Position numbers and translations under genes: made by a program. Below, one piece after another: positions 18,244 through 27,221 of a DNA stretch of 64,000 nucleotides. Every line of letters starts with the position of its first letter. Positions within the stretch are counted from its first letter, which is position 1. Location: the NCBI GenBank assembly GCA_965208125.1, contig OZ242320.1, positions 2,272,001 to 2,336,000 of the forward strand. Reading direction: 5' to 3'. The stretch is from Candidatus Latescibacterota bacterium (GTDB lineage: Bacteria > Latescibacterota > UBA2968). The notes below the pieces were generated by a model. That model did no database searches and had not been told where the DNA came from. It saw nothing but the letters and a program-made list of their open reading frames with translations.

Positions 18244-20028
18244 TTACACCTCTTCCAACGCGAATTGCATGTCGCACAGGCGGGCGTATAAGCCGTCGCT
18301 GGCGAGTAGCTGGGCGTGTGTGCCGAATTCGACGATTTTGCCGCGGTCGATGACGTAGAGGCAGTCGGCGCGGCGCACGGTGGATAAGCGGTGGGCGATC
18401 GCAAAGGTGGTGCGGCCTTCCATGAGGCGTTCGAGGGCGTTTTGGATGAGCATTTCGGTTTCGGTATCAACGGAAGATGTGGCTTCGTCCAGGATGAGGA
18501 TGCGCGGGTCGTTGAGGATGGCGCGGGCTATGGAGATGCGCTGTTTTTCGCCGCCGGATAAGCGCACGCCCCGTTCGCCAATGTGGGTATCATAAGCGTC
18601 CGGGAATCCGCAGACGAAGTCGTGGGCGTTGGCCATCATGGCGGCGTTGATGATGTCGGTTTCGGTGGCGTTGAGTTTGCCATAAGCGATGTTTTCGCGG
18701 ATGGTTCCGTTGAAGAGGAATGGTTCTTGTAAGACCATGCCGATTTGGCTGCGCAGGGATGCGCGTTGCATGTTTTTGAGGTCATGACCGTCAACGCACA
18801 CGGTGCCAGAGTCGGGGTCGTAGAAGCGGCAGATGAGGTTGATGATGGTGGTTTTGCCCGCGCCGCTGGGTCCGACGAGGCCGATGAGTTGGCCGGGTTG
18901 TGCGATGAGGGATACGCCATAGAGGACAGGGGGTCCGTGTTCGTAGGCAAAGGTGACGTTTTGAAATTCAACGCGGCCGTTCAGGCGGTCAAAGGGGAGG
19001 GCGTTGGGGGTGTCTTTTATTTCGGGTTGGGTGTCCAGGATTTCAAAGATGCGACGCGCTGAGGCGGCTGCGCGCACGATGGTGTCGTTGATGCGGGTGA
19101 GGCTTTCTACGGGGCCGTAGAAGCGCCAGAGAAAGCTTTGAAAGGCGAAGAGGGTGCCGATGGTGAGGTCGCCCGAGATGATTTGTCGCCCGCCAAAGAG
19201 GAGGACGAGGAGGGGCCCCATGGAGATGATGAATCGGGTGAGGGGAAAGAAGGCGACGCGGGTTTTGATGATGGTGATGCTGATGTTGAGGAAGGCTTTG
19301 CATTTTTGGGTGAAGCGAGAGAGTTCGTGGCCTTCGCGGGCAAAGCATTTGATGACGCGGATGCCCGAGAGGTTGTCTTGCAATAGGGCGCTGATGTCGG
19401 CTATGCGTTCGCGCGCCATGGTGTAATAGGGGCGTATGGTGCGGTTGTAGAAGATGATGAGGATGCTGTATATGGGCATGGGCAACAGGGTGATGAGGGC
19501 GAGTTCAAAGCTGAGGCCAAAGAGGATGCTGCCGTAGATGACGATGGTTGCGATATTGACGAGTACGCGTTCCAGGGTGTCTGTGACGGTGTATTGGAGG
19601 GATTCGACGTCGGCGGTTACGCGCGACATGAGTTCGCCAGTGCTGCGGTCGTTGTAAAAGCGCAGCCCCAGGTGCTGGAGGTGGTCATAGACCTGGACGC
19701 GGAGGCTGAAGAGGATGTCCTGACCCGTTCGGTTGAGTAAGTAGCGGTTGATGAAGCTGAAGATGGTGTGGAGGATATAGACGCCGAGGAGGAGCAGGGC
19801 GTAGAATTGGAGGCGGTCGAAGTCGGCTGCGATTTTTGTGTCGGAGAAGTCGCTGCCAATATAATTCCCTTCTGAGAAGTAGGGGGTTAATATGTTGTCG
19901 ATGACTTCGCGCATGAGCAGGGGTTGCGCGGCATCCAGGCCGATCATGACGAGGGTGGCGCCGATGCCGATGCACACGCGGCCCAGGTAAGGGCGAACAT
20001 AGGTGACGAGGCGGAGGAAGACGTTCAT
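18244..20028 (-). CDS. ABC exporter, fused permease/ATP-binding protein
   Basis: TM domain, GPSGAGKT, LSGGEKQR, ILILDEATS, IAHRLST; real start MNVFLRLV (upstream extension is repeat-derived). Confidence 0.93.
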   Translation of the reverse strand: MNVFLRLVTYVRPYLGRVCIGIGATLVMIGLDAAQPLLMREVIDNILTPYFSEGNYIGSDFSDTKIAADFDRLQFYALLLLGVYILHTIFSFINRYLLNRTGQDILFSLRVQVYDHLQHLGLRFYNDRSTGELMSRVTADVESLQYTVTDTLERVLVNIATIVIYGSILFGLSFELALITLLPMPIYSILIIFYNRTIRPYYTMARERIADISALLQDNLSGIRVIKCFAREGHELSRFTQKCKAFLNISITIIKTRVAFFPLTRFIISMGPLLVLLFGGRQIISGDLTIGTLFAFQSFLWRFYGPVESLTRINDTIVRAAASARRIFEILDTQPEIKDTPNALPFDRLNGRVEFQNVTFAYEHGPPVLYGVSLIAQPGQLIGLVGPSGAGKTTIINLICRFYDPDSGTVCVDGHDLKNMQRASLRSQIGMVLQEPFLFNGTIRENIAYGKLNATETDIINAAMMANAHDFVCGFPDAYDTHIGERGVRLSGGEKQRISIARAILNDPRILILDEATSSVDTETEMLIQNALERLMEGRTTFAIAHRLSTVRRADCLYVIDRGKIVEFGTHAQLLASDGLYARLCDMQFALEEV

Positions 20029-20030
20029 GG

Positions 20031-20188
20031 GAAGGTTGAAGGTTGAAGTGTGAAGGTTGAAGTGTGTAGGGGCGAGGCATGCCTCGCCCGTCATCGCGGC
20101 AGGGTGTAAGCCGCGATCCAGTATGTTGTAGGGGCGACCGTGAACTGGTCTGGACTGCGACCAGTTGTACACCGCCCGTGGTCGCCCG
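20031..20188. repeat. Composite repeat cluster: GAAGGTT/GAAGTGT heptamers, GTAG REP, CGTC palindrome, and a GTAG REP with a nested element
   Basis: Direct reading of each hairpin. Confidence 0.85.
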
Positions 20189-20192
20189 TTTG

Positions 20193-20816
20193 TTACGCGT
20201 TGACAATTTCATCCGTTGATACGATTTCAACGCCCTGTTGTTGCCATTCGGCTACCATGCGGTCGCCGCGTTCGGGGTCGATGGCTTGTGCGGCGTCCAG
20301 GACGAGCTGTATGGGCGCTGTGTTGCGTTTTAAGAAGCCGTTGATTGCATAAGCGTTGCAGACGTCGAGGGCTACGCCGTAAAGGACGATGCGGTCGGGT
20401 TTGACGGCGTTGAGTACGGGTTCGACGTTGGGGTTGGTGAAGACGTCAAAGCGCTGTTTGCGAAAGATGATTTCACCGCTGTGTTTTTGTACCTGGCTGA
20501 TGAGGTCGCCCGGGGCGTCCGGGTCGATCCAGAGGGGGTTTTGCGGTTGGGTTTCAGGTACTTTTTTTTGTCCAGAGGTTCCAGCTATGCAGTGGGGGGG
20601 AAAGGTTTCTCGATAGTCCGGGTTGTCGGAGATTTCAGGGTCGGCCATCTGGTGGTTGTCAACCGATCCGAATATGGGGATGCCCCGTTGTCTGGCATAG
20701 TCTGTGAGTTTTTTGAGGTTTGGCAAGCGTTTTTCCGATGCGGTGACGTAGAGTTTTCCGTCGGGCATGATGAAGTCGTATTGGGTATCGACATCCCAGA
20801 ATATGACGCCGGGCAT
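20193..20816 (-). CDS. Nicotinamidase/isochorismatase-family cysteine hydrolase
   Basis: DVDTQYDF, D-x-H, FPPHC, KQRFDVF, GVALDVC. Confidence 0.88.
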   Translation of the reverse strand: MPGVIFWDVDTQYDFIMPDGKLYVTASEKRLPNLKKLTDYARQRGIPIFGSVDNHQMADPEISDNPDYRETFPPHCIAGTSGQKKVPETQPQNPLWIDPDAPGDLISQVQKHSGEIIFRKQRFDVFTNPNVEPVLNAVKPDRIVLYGVALDVCNAYAINGFLKRNTAPIQLVLDAAQAIDPERGDRMVAEWQQQGVEIVSTDEIVNA

Positions 20817-20829
20817 GGAGTACTCCTTT

Positions 20830-22032
20830 TTAATACAAAAAGTATTTTTCCCTCACAGTAGCGAATTTCTCCAGTCCCACCTCCCACTGCTCCCATATTT
20901 CCCGCGCGCCTTCGCCTTTTAAGAGGGCTTTGCGTACGGTGCTGGTTCCCATGGCCTGGTCAAAGCGTTTATACCGGTCTTTTGGGATTTTGAATTCGGG
21001 ATATGTTGCCACGAGATGGGCGAGTATAGATATTTCTGTGCGCGTTGGGCGAAAGGCGATGGGGTCTGTTATGTGCAGGAATATAGCCTGTACTTTTTTG
21101 TTTCGAAAGAGCCATGTGTCGGGTTCAAATATTATGGGTTGAAATTCTATGCCGGGCAGTTGCAGGGCGTTCAGGTCGCGGGCTGTTTTTTCCGCGTTTA
21201 TCCACGGCGCACCGACGATTTGAAAGGGCATGTCGGTTCCTATGCCGATGTGCAAGGTTCCCAATGTGCCAATGGTTCCGGTTGCGGCAAAGGTTATGGC
21301 AGATTCGGGCGATGGGATATTGGGCGATGGCTCGATCCAGTCGCGTCCGATGTCCGGCCAGCGCGTGTTGCGCTGGTAGCCTTCCAGGGGGACGACGGTG
21401 AGGGAGCAGGCGAGCAGGTGTTCGCGGTTGAGGTATCGGGCGAGTTCGCCTGCGGTGAGTCCATACGCGCGGGGTACTGGATATAGGCCCGCGACTAAGG
21501 ATAGCCATTTTTTTTCGCTTATGGGTCCATCTACGGTTAGTCCGCCGAGGGGATTGGGACGGTCGAGGACGATGACGCGTTTGTTGTGTTCGCCCGCGGC
21601 TTTTATGATTTTGGTCAGGCTCCAGATGTAGGTGTAGGCTCTGCTGCCCACGTCCTGCATGTCGTAGATCACAACGTCGATTTTGTCCAGTGCGGATTGC
21701 AGGGAGCGGCCGCTTCCGTAGAGGGAATATACGGGCAGGCTGTCCATTTGCGTGTCGCGCACGTGTTCGCCAGCTTTTTCTTGTCCTTTGATTCCGTGTT
21801 CAAATGCAAATAGGGCGACGAGATTTACGTCGGGATGCTGCTGAAGGGCGGCGATTGTTGAGATGCCTGTTTTTGTGCGTCCCGTGCGGTTGGTGATCAG
21901 TCCGACCCGTGCATCTACTACCAGATGGATGTGGTTTTCCAGGAATACATCTACGCCCATTTGTACTTGTGTTGCTGGAACAGATGTTGCGAAGGATAAA
22001 AGAAAGAGTATGGAGGTACACAATCTACCCAT
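20830..22032 (-). CDS. namZ: Exo-beta-N-acetylmuramidase NamZ (DUF1343) family
   Basis: VGLITNRTG, LFAFEHG, YDMQDVGSRAYTY, LDRPNPLGG, PSPNIP, GTDMPF; signal peptide from Met at 22032 (ATG at 22083 is an alternative start). Confidence 0.85.
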   Translation of the reverse strand: MGRLCTSILFLLSFATSVPATQVQMGVDVFLENHIHLVVDARVGLITNRTGRTKTGISTIAALQQHPDVNLVALFAFEHGIKGQEKAGEHVRDTQMDSLPVYSLYGSGRSLQSALDKIDVVIYDMQDVGSRAYTYIWSLTKIIKAAGEHNKRVIVLDRPNPLGGLTVDGPISEKKWLSLVAGLYPVPRAYGLTAGELARYLNREHLLACSLTVVPLEGYQRNTRWPDIGRDWIEPSPNIPSPESAITFAATGTIGTLGTLHIGIGTDMPFQIVGAPWINAEKTARDLNALQLPGIEFQPIIFEPDTWLFRNKKVQAIFLHITDPIAFRPTRTEISILAHLVATYPEFKIPKDRYKRFDQAMGTSTVRKALLKGEGAREIWEQWEVGLEKFATVREKYFLY

Positions 22033-22112
22033 TTTTACGCTTTCAGATAAAAAATGGGCAGTTGCACACATGCGACTGCCCATCTTGTTATATCAATCCG
22101 TTTTTGCTTTTT

Positions 22113-22328
22113 TTAATGCTCGGTTTCAACAGTTTGTGCCAGTTTTTTCCATTTGCCAAAGGCTTTCCAGTTGATGGTTTCGCGTTCGCCATTGCAATTT
22201 AAGATGCCTGCTTGCAAATATTCTCTGATTCGTCTTTTAACCTGTTGGGGAGAAATGTTCAGTTGTGTCGCAGCAACGTCTTCGCCAATCCCAGCCGCCA
22301 GCAGTTTTAACAGTGCCGCGTCGTCCAT
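22113..22328 (-). CDS. Small HTH-domain protein
   Basis: LLKLLAAG...VAATQLNISPQQVKRRI resembles a LuxR/winged HTH; AAGGA SD upstream. Confidence 0.65.
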   Translation of the reverse strand: MDDAALLKLLAAGIGEDVAATQLNISPQQVKRRIREYLQAGILNCNGERETINWKAFGKWKKLAQTVETEH

Positions 22329-22360
22329 GGCAGGGTTCCTTTTGAGAATTAAAAATTAGG

Positions 22361-22391
22361 GAGCGGGGTACAACTGGTCCAGGCCAGTTCA
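22361..22391 (-). repeat. AACTGG-hairpin mini-element lying within a TTRARAA heptamer array
   Basis: Reverse complement TGAACTGGCCTGGACCAGTTGTACCCCGCTC; homologous to 20141-20175 and 39508-39544. Confidence 0.75.
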
Positions 22392-22455
22392 TTAAGAATT
22401 AAGGACAAGTGCAATATAGCCATTCTTCACTTATATGCAAGGCAAATTGTAAAGG

Positions 22456-22551
22456 AGCTATCAGCTATCAGCTTTCAATCCCCCGCCCGACCACCCAAAG
22501 GCAAATACCTCGCTTGTTTTGCTGACTGCTGATCGCTGACCGCTGATCGCT
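22456..22551. repeat. Inverted heptamer arrays (AGCTATC x3 ... GCTGA(C/T)(C/T) x4) abutting the sulfatase stop
   Basis: Direct reading; the two arms are roughly complementary. Confidence 0.8.
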
Positions 22552-23981
22552 CATATTCCCGGCAAGGGCGCGTGGTCGTTTGTTTCGTGTTGCCACAGGC
22601 GAATGCGGGCTGCGATTTCCCGCGCCCGGTCGCGGTGCGCAGGGTCGTCATAGAGGTTGGTTTCTTCATAGGGGTCGTTGTTCAGGTCGAATAGTTCGCA
22701 CTGGTCGCCAGCACATAAGTTGAGTTTCCACCGGTCTCCAGTTACGGCACAGCGCCAGGGCAAGGTGGCCATGAGGTTGATTTTTGGGTTGCCCAGGTTG
22801 CGGTCGCCAATGCCGTTCCATTCCATGAATGCGGTGTGGTCGCGCAGGTCGGCTTCGCCGTTTAAGACGTCGGCACACGGGCGGCCCGGGAGGGTTTCTA
22901 ATAGTGGCTGGTTGGCGAGTTCCACAAGGGTGGCGATGAGGTCCGCGTGTCCAAAGACGCCGTCGATGCGCTTTTGCGATTGGGTGAGCCACGGGACGCT
23001 TAAGATCATGGGGACGCGCGCAGATTCTTCGTAGAATGCGCGTTTTTCGAACATGGCGTGGTCGCCCGCCATTTCGCCGTGGTCGCTGGTGACGGCAAAG
23101 ATGGTGTTTTCCATTTGTCCGGTTTCTTCCAGTGCCTGTACCATGCGGCCTATGGCGTCGTCGATGATTTTTACGTTGCCGTAGTATTGCGCCCGCAGTT
23201 TTCGCCAGGAATGTTCCTGTCGCATGTCCTGGCCTTCAACCCTGTTGCTGAGGTAGTGTTCTGCACGCGCGCGGTTGAACAGGGCGTGTCCTTCTGGTTT
23301 TTTGATGAAGGTGGGACCTACGGGTAGGGCATCGGGGTCGTACATGCCGTCGTAGGGTCCGGTCATTGGGGGGTGTGGCTCAAATGTGCTGAATACGAGG
23401 AGCCAGGGGCGGTCTGTGTTTTCCCGGATGAATCGCTCGGAGTGGTTGGCGATGAAGGTGCCCATCTGGTATTCTGCGGGGAGTTGAGATCGCTGGCGCG
23501 GTGAGAAGATGATTTCTCCGGTGGCGCTGTTGTTTTGGGGTTCTATGCCCTGTTCTTTCATCCAGTAGTAATAGCTGCTGAAGGGCAGGCCGGGGCGGGA
23601 GTATTTGTTGCGGTGGTCGTCTTCTGTGCTGATCCATTCGTCAAAGCCGTGCTGTCTCACGGAGTCGTCACCGAGGTGCCATTTGCCGAACATGGCTTTT
23701 CGGTAGGTGTCGGGTAGCATTTCTGCGATGGATGGGATTTCGTCGCGCAAGATGTCCCGGTTGACCATGCATTCGTGGTTGTGCGGGTAGAGGCCCGTCA
23801 TTAAGGAGCCGCGCGCAGGGGTGCATACGGGCTGTGTGACGTAGGTGTTTTCAAAGACGAAGCTGCGTTCTGCCAATGCGTCTTGATGCGGCGATTGTAT
23901 CCAGTCGTTGCCGTAACATTTCAAGGTGTCTGTCCGCTGTTGGTCGCTGATGAAGAGCAGGATGTTCGGTTGTTCTGGCAT
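22551..23981 (-). CDS. Sulfatase (Cys-type, formylglycine-dependent)
   Basis: PNILLFISDQ, CTPARGSLMTG, GKWHLG, SDHGEM. Confidence 0.93.
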   Translation of the reverse strand: MPEQPNILLFISDQQRTDTLKCYGNDWIQSPHQDALAERSFVFENTYVTQPVCTPARGSLMTGLYPHNHECMVNRDILRDEIPSIAEMLPDTYRKAMFGKWHLGDDSVRQHGFDEWISTEDDHRNKYSRPGLPFSSYYYWMKEQGIEPQNNSATGEIIFSPRQRSQLPAEYQMGTFIANHSERFIRENTDRPWLLVFSTFEPHPPMTGPYDGMYDPDALPVGPTFIKKPEGHALFNRARAEHYLSNRVEGQDMRQEHSWRKLRAQYYGNVKIIDDAIGRMVQALEETGQMENTIFAVTSDHGEMAGDHAMFEKRAFYEESARVPMILSVPWLTQSQKRIDGVFGHADLIATLVELANQPLLETLPGRPCADVLNGEADLRDHTAFMEWNGIGDRNLGNPKINLMATLPWRCAVTGDRWKLNLCAGDQCELFDLNNDPYEETNLYDDPAHRDRAREIAARIRLWQHETNDHAPLPGI

Positions 23982-23985
23982 GCGG

Positions 23986-25140
23986 TTACTCCTTTTTGTG
24001 GGTGAGGTAATTCGACCAGTTGCAAATGCGAATATTGCTGTAATCGGGTAGTGATTCTCCCTGATAGATCAGTGTCGCTGTGTCGGCCTGAGAAGCGAGT
24101 GTGTTGAGTGTTTTTATCAGGCGAGGTCGGAAGGTCGCGGTTTTTTTTATTTCGACAAAATGACGGGTTTGTCCCGTGTCAATAACGAGATCGATTTCTA
24201 CCCCATGACTGGTTCGGTAAAAATAAAGTTCGGCACGTTGGTTGGTGTGTTTGTGGTGCTTGAGTATTTGAGATAGGATGTAATTTTCAAAGAGCGCACC
24301 AGCCATCGGTCCGCGGTCATACATTTCTTCAGTCCGGATGCCCGTAAGGGCGGACACCAATCCCGTGTCGTAAAAATATATTTTTGGGCGTTTGATAACC
24401 CGTTTGCCGAAGTTCCGAAAATAAGGGGGTAAGAGAAAGATGACATAAGACATTTCTAATATGGAAATCCACCGTTTGATCGTGGGCATTGTTACGCCGA
24501 GGTCACTGGCGAGGCGAGACATATTGAGAAACTGGGCCGTATTTGCCGCGAGTAACTGGATCAAGTTCCGAAAATCGCGCAGATTGCCAATTTGTGCCAC
24601 GTCCCGCACATCGCGTGCAAGGTAGGTTTCGATATAGGAGGCATACCAGTCGTCGGCATTGCGATAATGGCGCGTGACCAGTTCGGGATAACAGCCTCGC
24701 CATATCGCTGTTTCACAAAGTGCTTTGGGCAATTCCCGATGATCAAAGGGGAGAAGTGATAATAGACCAATGCGCCCTGCCAAACTGTCCGCTACATTTT
24801 GCATGAGCAAAAATTGGCTGGATCCGGTGAGCACAAATTTGCCATAGGTGTTGCGGTCTCGATCAACGGCGAGCTTGATGTGGTTGAATAGTTCGGGGGC
24901 TTTTTGAACTTCGTCAAATATAACGCGGTGGTGATACATTTGCATAAATTTTTCGGGGTCGTCTTCAAATAACGCCAGTTGTCTTATGTCGTCAAAGGTG
25001 ACGTATGTGTAAGCATCGCGCAGTACCTGCTGGAGGAGCGTGGATTTTCCAGATTGCCGAGGTCCTGTGATGCCGACCACAGGGAATGCATTGAGATAGT
25101 CGGACAGGACGGGTTCAATTTGTCGAGGACGATAATTCAT
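23986..25140 (-). CDS. AAA+ ATPase (AAA_14) with DUF4143 and a C-terminal PD-(D/E)xK-like domain
   Basis: GPRQSGKST, IFDEVQ, LTGSS, SLAGR, KRPKIYFYDTGL, GALFEN, EIDLVI...EIK. Confidence 0.9.
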   Translation of the reverse strand: MNYRPRQIEPVLSDYLNAFPVVGITGPRQSGKSTLLQQVLRDAYTYVTFDDIRQLALFEDDPEKFMQMYHHRVIFDEVQKAPELFNHIKLAVDRDRNTYGKFVLTGSSQFLLMQNVADSLAGRIGLLSLLPFDHRELPKALCETAIWRGCYPELVTRHYRNADDWYASYIETYLARDVRDVAQIGNLRDFRNLIQLLAANTAQFLNMSRLASDLGVTMPTIKRWISILEMSYVIFLLPPYFRNFGKRVIKRPKIYFYDTGLVSALTGIRTEEMYDRGPMAGALFENYILSQILKHHKHTNQRAELYFYRTSHGVEIDLVIDTGQTRHFVEIKKTATFRPRLIKTLNTLASQADTATLIYQGESLPDYSNIRICNWSNYLTHKKE

Positions 25141-25147
25141 AAGCGCG

Positions 25148-25192
25148 TTTTTTGTGTAAATTTAAAATGCCAAATTAAATTTACACAAAAAA
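25148..25192. promoter_or_regulatory. Perfect 18-bp inverted repeat (candidate operator) immediately upstream of the AAA ATPase gene
   Basis: TTTTTTGTGTAAATTTAA-9 nt-TTAAATTTACACAAAAAA. Confidence 0.6.
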
Positions 25193-25277
25193 TGATTCCA
25201 TATCAAGGGTCATGTTTTGTCGCCTGCTATGCGGATTATTGTTTATATTGTGTAGTCCATTTTTTCAGGAGAACATT

Positions 25278-25802
25278 TTGCAGGTTTTAAGAATATATAT
25301 CCGATTTGTCGATGGTTTAAATGAGCGCGTTGGGCGTGTTGTCTCGTGGCTTACCGCTGTGCTGGTGGCGGTGGTGTGTTACGATGTTTTTACCCGCTAT
25401 TTGTTGAAGAATAGCCTGGTGGCTGTTCAGGAGTTGGAATGGCATTTGTTCGGGCTTATTTTTCTTTTGGGTGCGGCGTATTCGCTCAAGCACGATCAAC
25501 ACGTGCGCGTGGATGTGTTCTATAGCCGGTTTTCCGCTCGTAAGAAGGCGTGGGTGAATCTGGTTGGTAGCGTTCTGTTTTTGATTCCTTTTTGCATTAT
25601 TGTGATTGTGAGTTCACAGTATTTTGTGGTTAGTGCTTTTCACATTGGGGAGACATCACCCAATCCGGGGGGGCTGCCCGCTCGATGGGTGCTCAAGGCG
25701 GCTATTCCTTTCGGTTTTGTTCTGCTTTTGCTACAGGGACTAAGTCTGGCGTGTCGGTCTTTGCTCTCCGTCCTGGGGCACAATGAGGAGGTGGATGGAT
25801 GA
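25278..25802 (+). CDS. dctQ: TRAP transporter small permease
   Basis: ELEWHLFG, HVRVDVFY, ETSPNPGGLP; TTG start after GGAG. Confidence 0.88.
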   Translation: MQVLRIYIRFVDGLNERVGRVVSWLTAVLVAVVCYDVFTRYLLKNSLVAVQELEWHLFGLIFLLGAAYSLKHDQHVRVDVFYSRFSARKKAWVNLVGSVLFLIPFCIIVIVSSQYFVVSAFHIGETSPNPGGLPARWVLKAAIPFGFVLLLLQGLSLACRSLLSVLGHNEEVDG

Positions 25803-27118
25803 TTGAGGCGATGCCCTTGATTCTGTTTGGCGTTCTTTTTCTTTTGCTTTTGCTCGGTTTTCCGGTTGCGTTTACGCTCGGTGGTGTTTCTTTTATTTTA
25901 GGCTATTTTACGTTTGGTCCCGCTTTTTTCAATCTTTTGCCTCTGCGTATCTGGGGTGTGATGACGAATTATGTGCTGATTGCCGTGCCTTTGTTTGTGT
26001 TTATGGGGGTGATGCTGGAGAAGTCCGGTTTGGCTGAGAATTTGTTGGAGACAATGGCGTTGCTTTTTGGTCATTTGCGCGGGGGGCTGGCGATTTCTGT
26101 GGTTGCTGTGGGGGCGCTGTTCGGGGCTTCTACGGGTATTGTGGGCGCGACTGTGGTTACGATGGGGTTGCTGAGTTTGCCAACGATGCTGAAGCGGGGA
26201 TACCGTGCGGAGGTGGCGACGGGGACGATTTCGGCGTCGGGTACTTTGGGGCAGATTATTCCGCCGAGTATTGTGCTGGTGCTGTTGGGTAGTGTGCTGA
26301 ATGTTTCGATTTGGGATATGTTTGTGGGTGCTGTGGTGCCGGGTTTTGTTCTGGTATTGCTCTATGCGGTTTATCTTGTTTTGATCGCGATTTTTAAGTC
26401 CGAATGGGCACCGGCGATGCCAGAGGAAGAACTCGCGCAGTTTTACGGCAGGGCGATGGTGAAGCGCGTTTTTCAGGCGTTTGTTCTGCCGGCTGTTCTC
26501 TTTGTTGCGGTGCTGGGTTCTATTTTTGCGGGGATTGCTTCACCTACCGAGGCGGCGGCCGTGGGTGCGTTTGGCGCGACGCTTTTGACGGTGTTGCAAA
26601 AGAAGTTTTCTTTTGCGACGCTGAAGTCGGTGATGGTGGAGACGACCCATCTGACGTGTATGGTTTTTATTATTCTGGTGGGTGCTACGGCGTTTGGTCT
26701 GGTGTTTCGCGGTATGCACGGGGATGCGTATTTGACGAATTTGATTCTTTCGACGAATATGAGTCCGGGCGCGTTTCTCGCGCTTGTGATGGTTATGATT
26801 TTTGTGGCGGGGTTTTTTATCGATTTTATCGAGATTACGTTTATTATTGTTCCGGTTGTGGCGCCTATTTTTGTGGCGTTGGGGGTGGATCTTCTGTGGT
26901 TGGGTATTCTGATTGCGATGAATTTGCAGACGTCTTTTTTGACCCCGCCTTTTGGTTTTTCACTTTTTTATCTGAAGGGGGTCGCCCCGCCCGAGGTCCG
27001 CACGGGCCATATTTATCGGGGGATTATTCCGTTTATTATTATTCAGCTTATTGGGCTGACGCTCGTGATTACGTTTCCCGAGATGGCGACGTCTCTGCCC
27101 AGGTATTTGGGGGGATGA
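25799..27118 (+). CDS. dctM: TRAP transporter large permease
   Basis: LIAVPLFVFMG, GTLGQIIPPS, SPTEAAAVGA, NLQTSFLTPPFG. Confidence 0.93.
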   Translation: MIEAMPLILFGVLFLLLLLGFPVAFTLGGVSFILGYFTFGPAFFNLLPLRIWGVMTNYVLIAVPLFVFMGVMLEKSGLAENLLETMALLFGHLRGGLAISVVAVGALFGASTGIVGATVVTMGLLSLPTMLKRGYRAEVATGTISASGTLGQIIPPSIVLVLLGSVLNVSIWDMFVGAVVPGFVLVLLYAVYLVLIAIFKSEWAPAMPEEELAQFYGRAMVKRVFQAFVLPAVLFVAVLGSIFAGIASPTEAAAVGAFGATLLTVLQKKFSFATLKSVMVETTHLTCMVFIILVGATAFGLVFRGMHGDAYLTNLILSTNMSPGAFLALVMVMIFVAGFFIDFIEITFIIVPVVAPIFVALGVDLLWLGILIAMNLQTSFLTPPFGFSLFYLKGVAPPEVRTGHIYRGIIPFIIIQLIGLTLVITFPEMATSLPRYLGG

Positions 27119-27129
27119 AACAAATTTTC

Positions 27130-27199
27130 GGGACGGCACAGGGGCCGTCCCCTACGTTGATATTTTTAATCCTGTAGGGGCGGGCCCCTGTGCCCGCCC
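27130..27199. repeat. REP doublet between convergent dctM and dctP
   Basis: Same two GTAG palindromes as 14256-14323, with a different spacer. Confidence 0.85.
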
Positions 27200-27221
27200 G
27201 TGTTTATTTTGGTTGGTGTGA

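Noticed and set aside
20029-20172. N-terminal ORF-track extensions (also 9789-9821, 12638-12706, 18243-18470, 32100-32156, 33987-34175, 36436-36498)
   Set aside because: They run through REP/heptamer repeats or overlap neighbouring genes; better starts with SD or family-typical N-termini lie downstream
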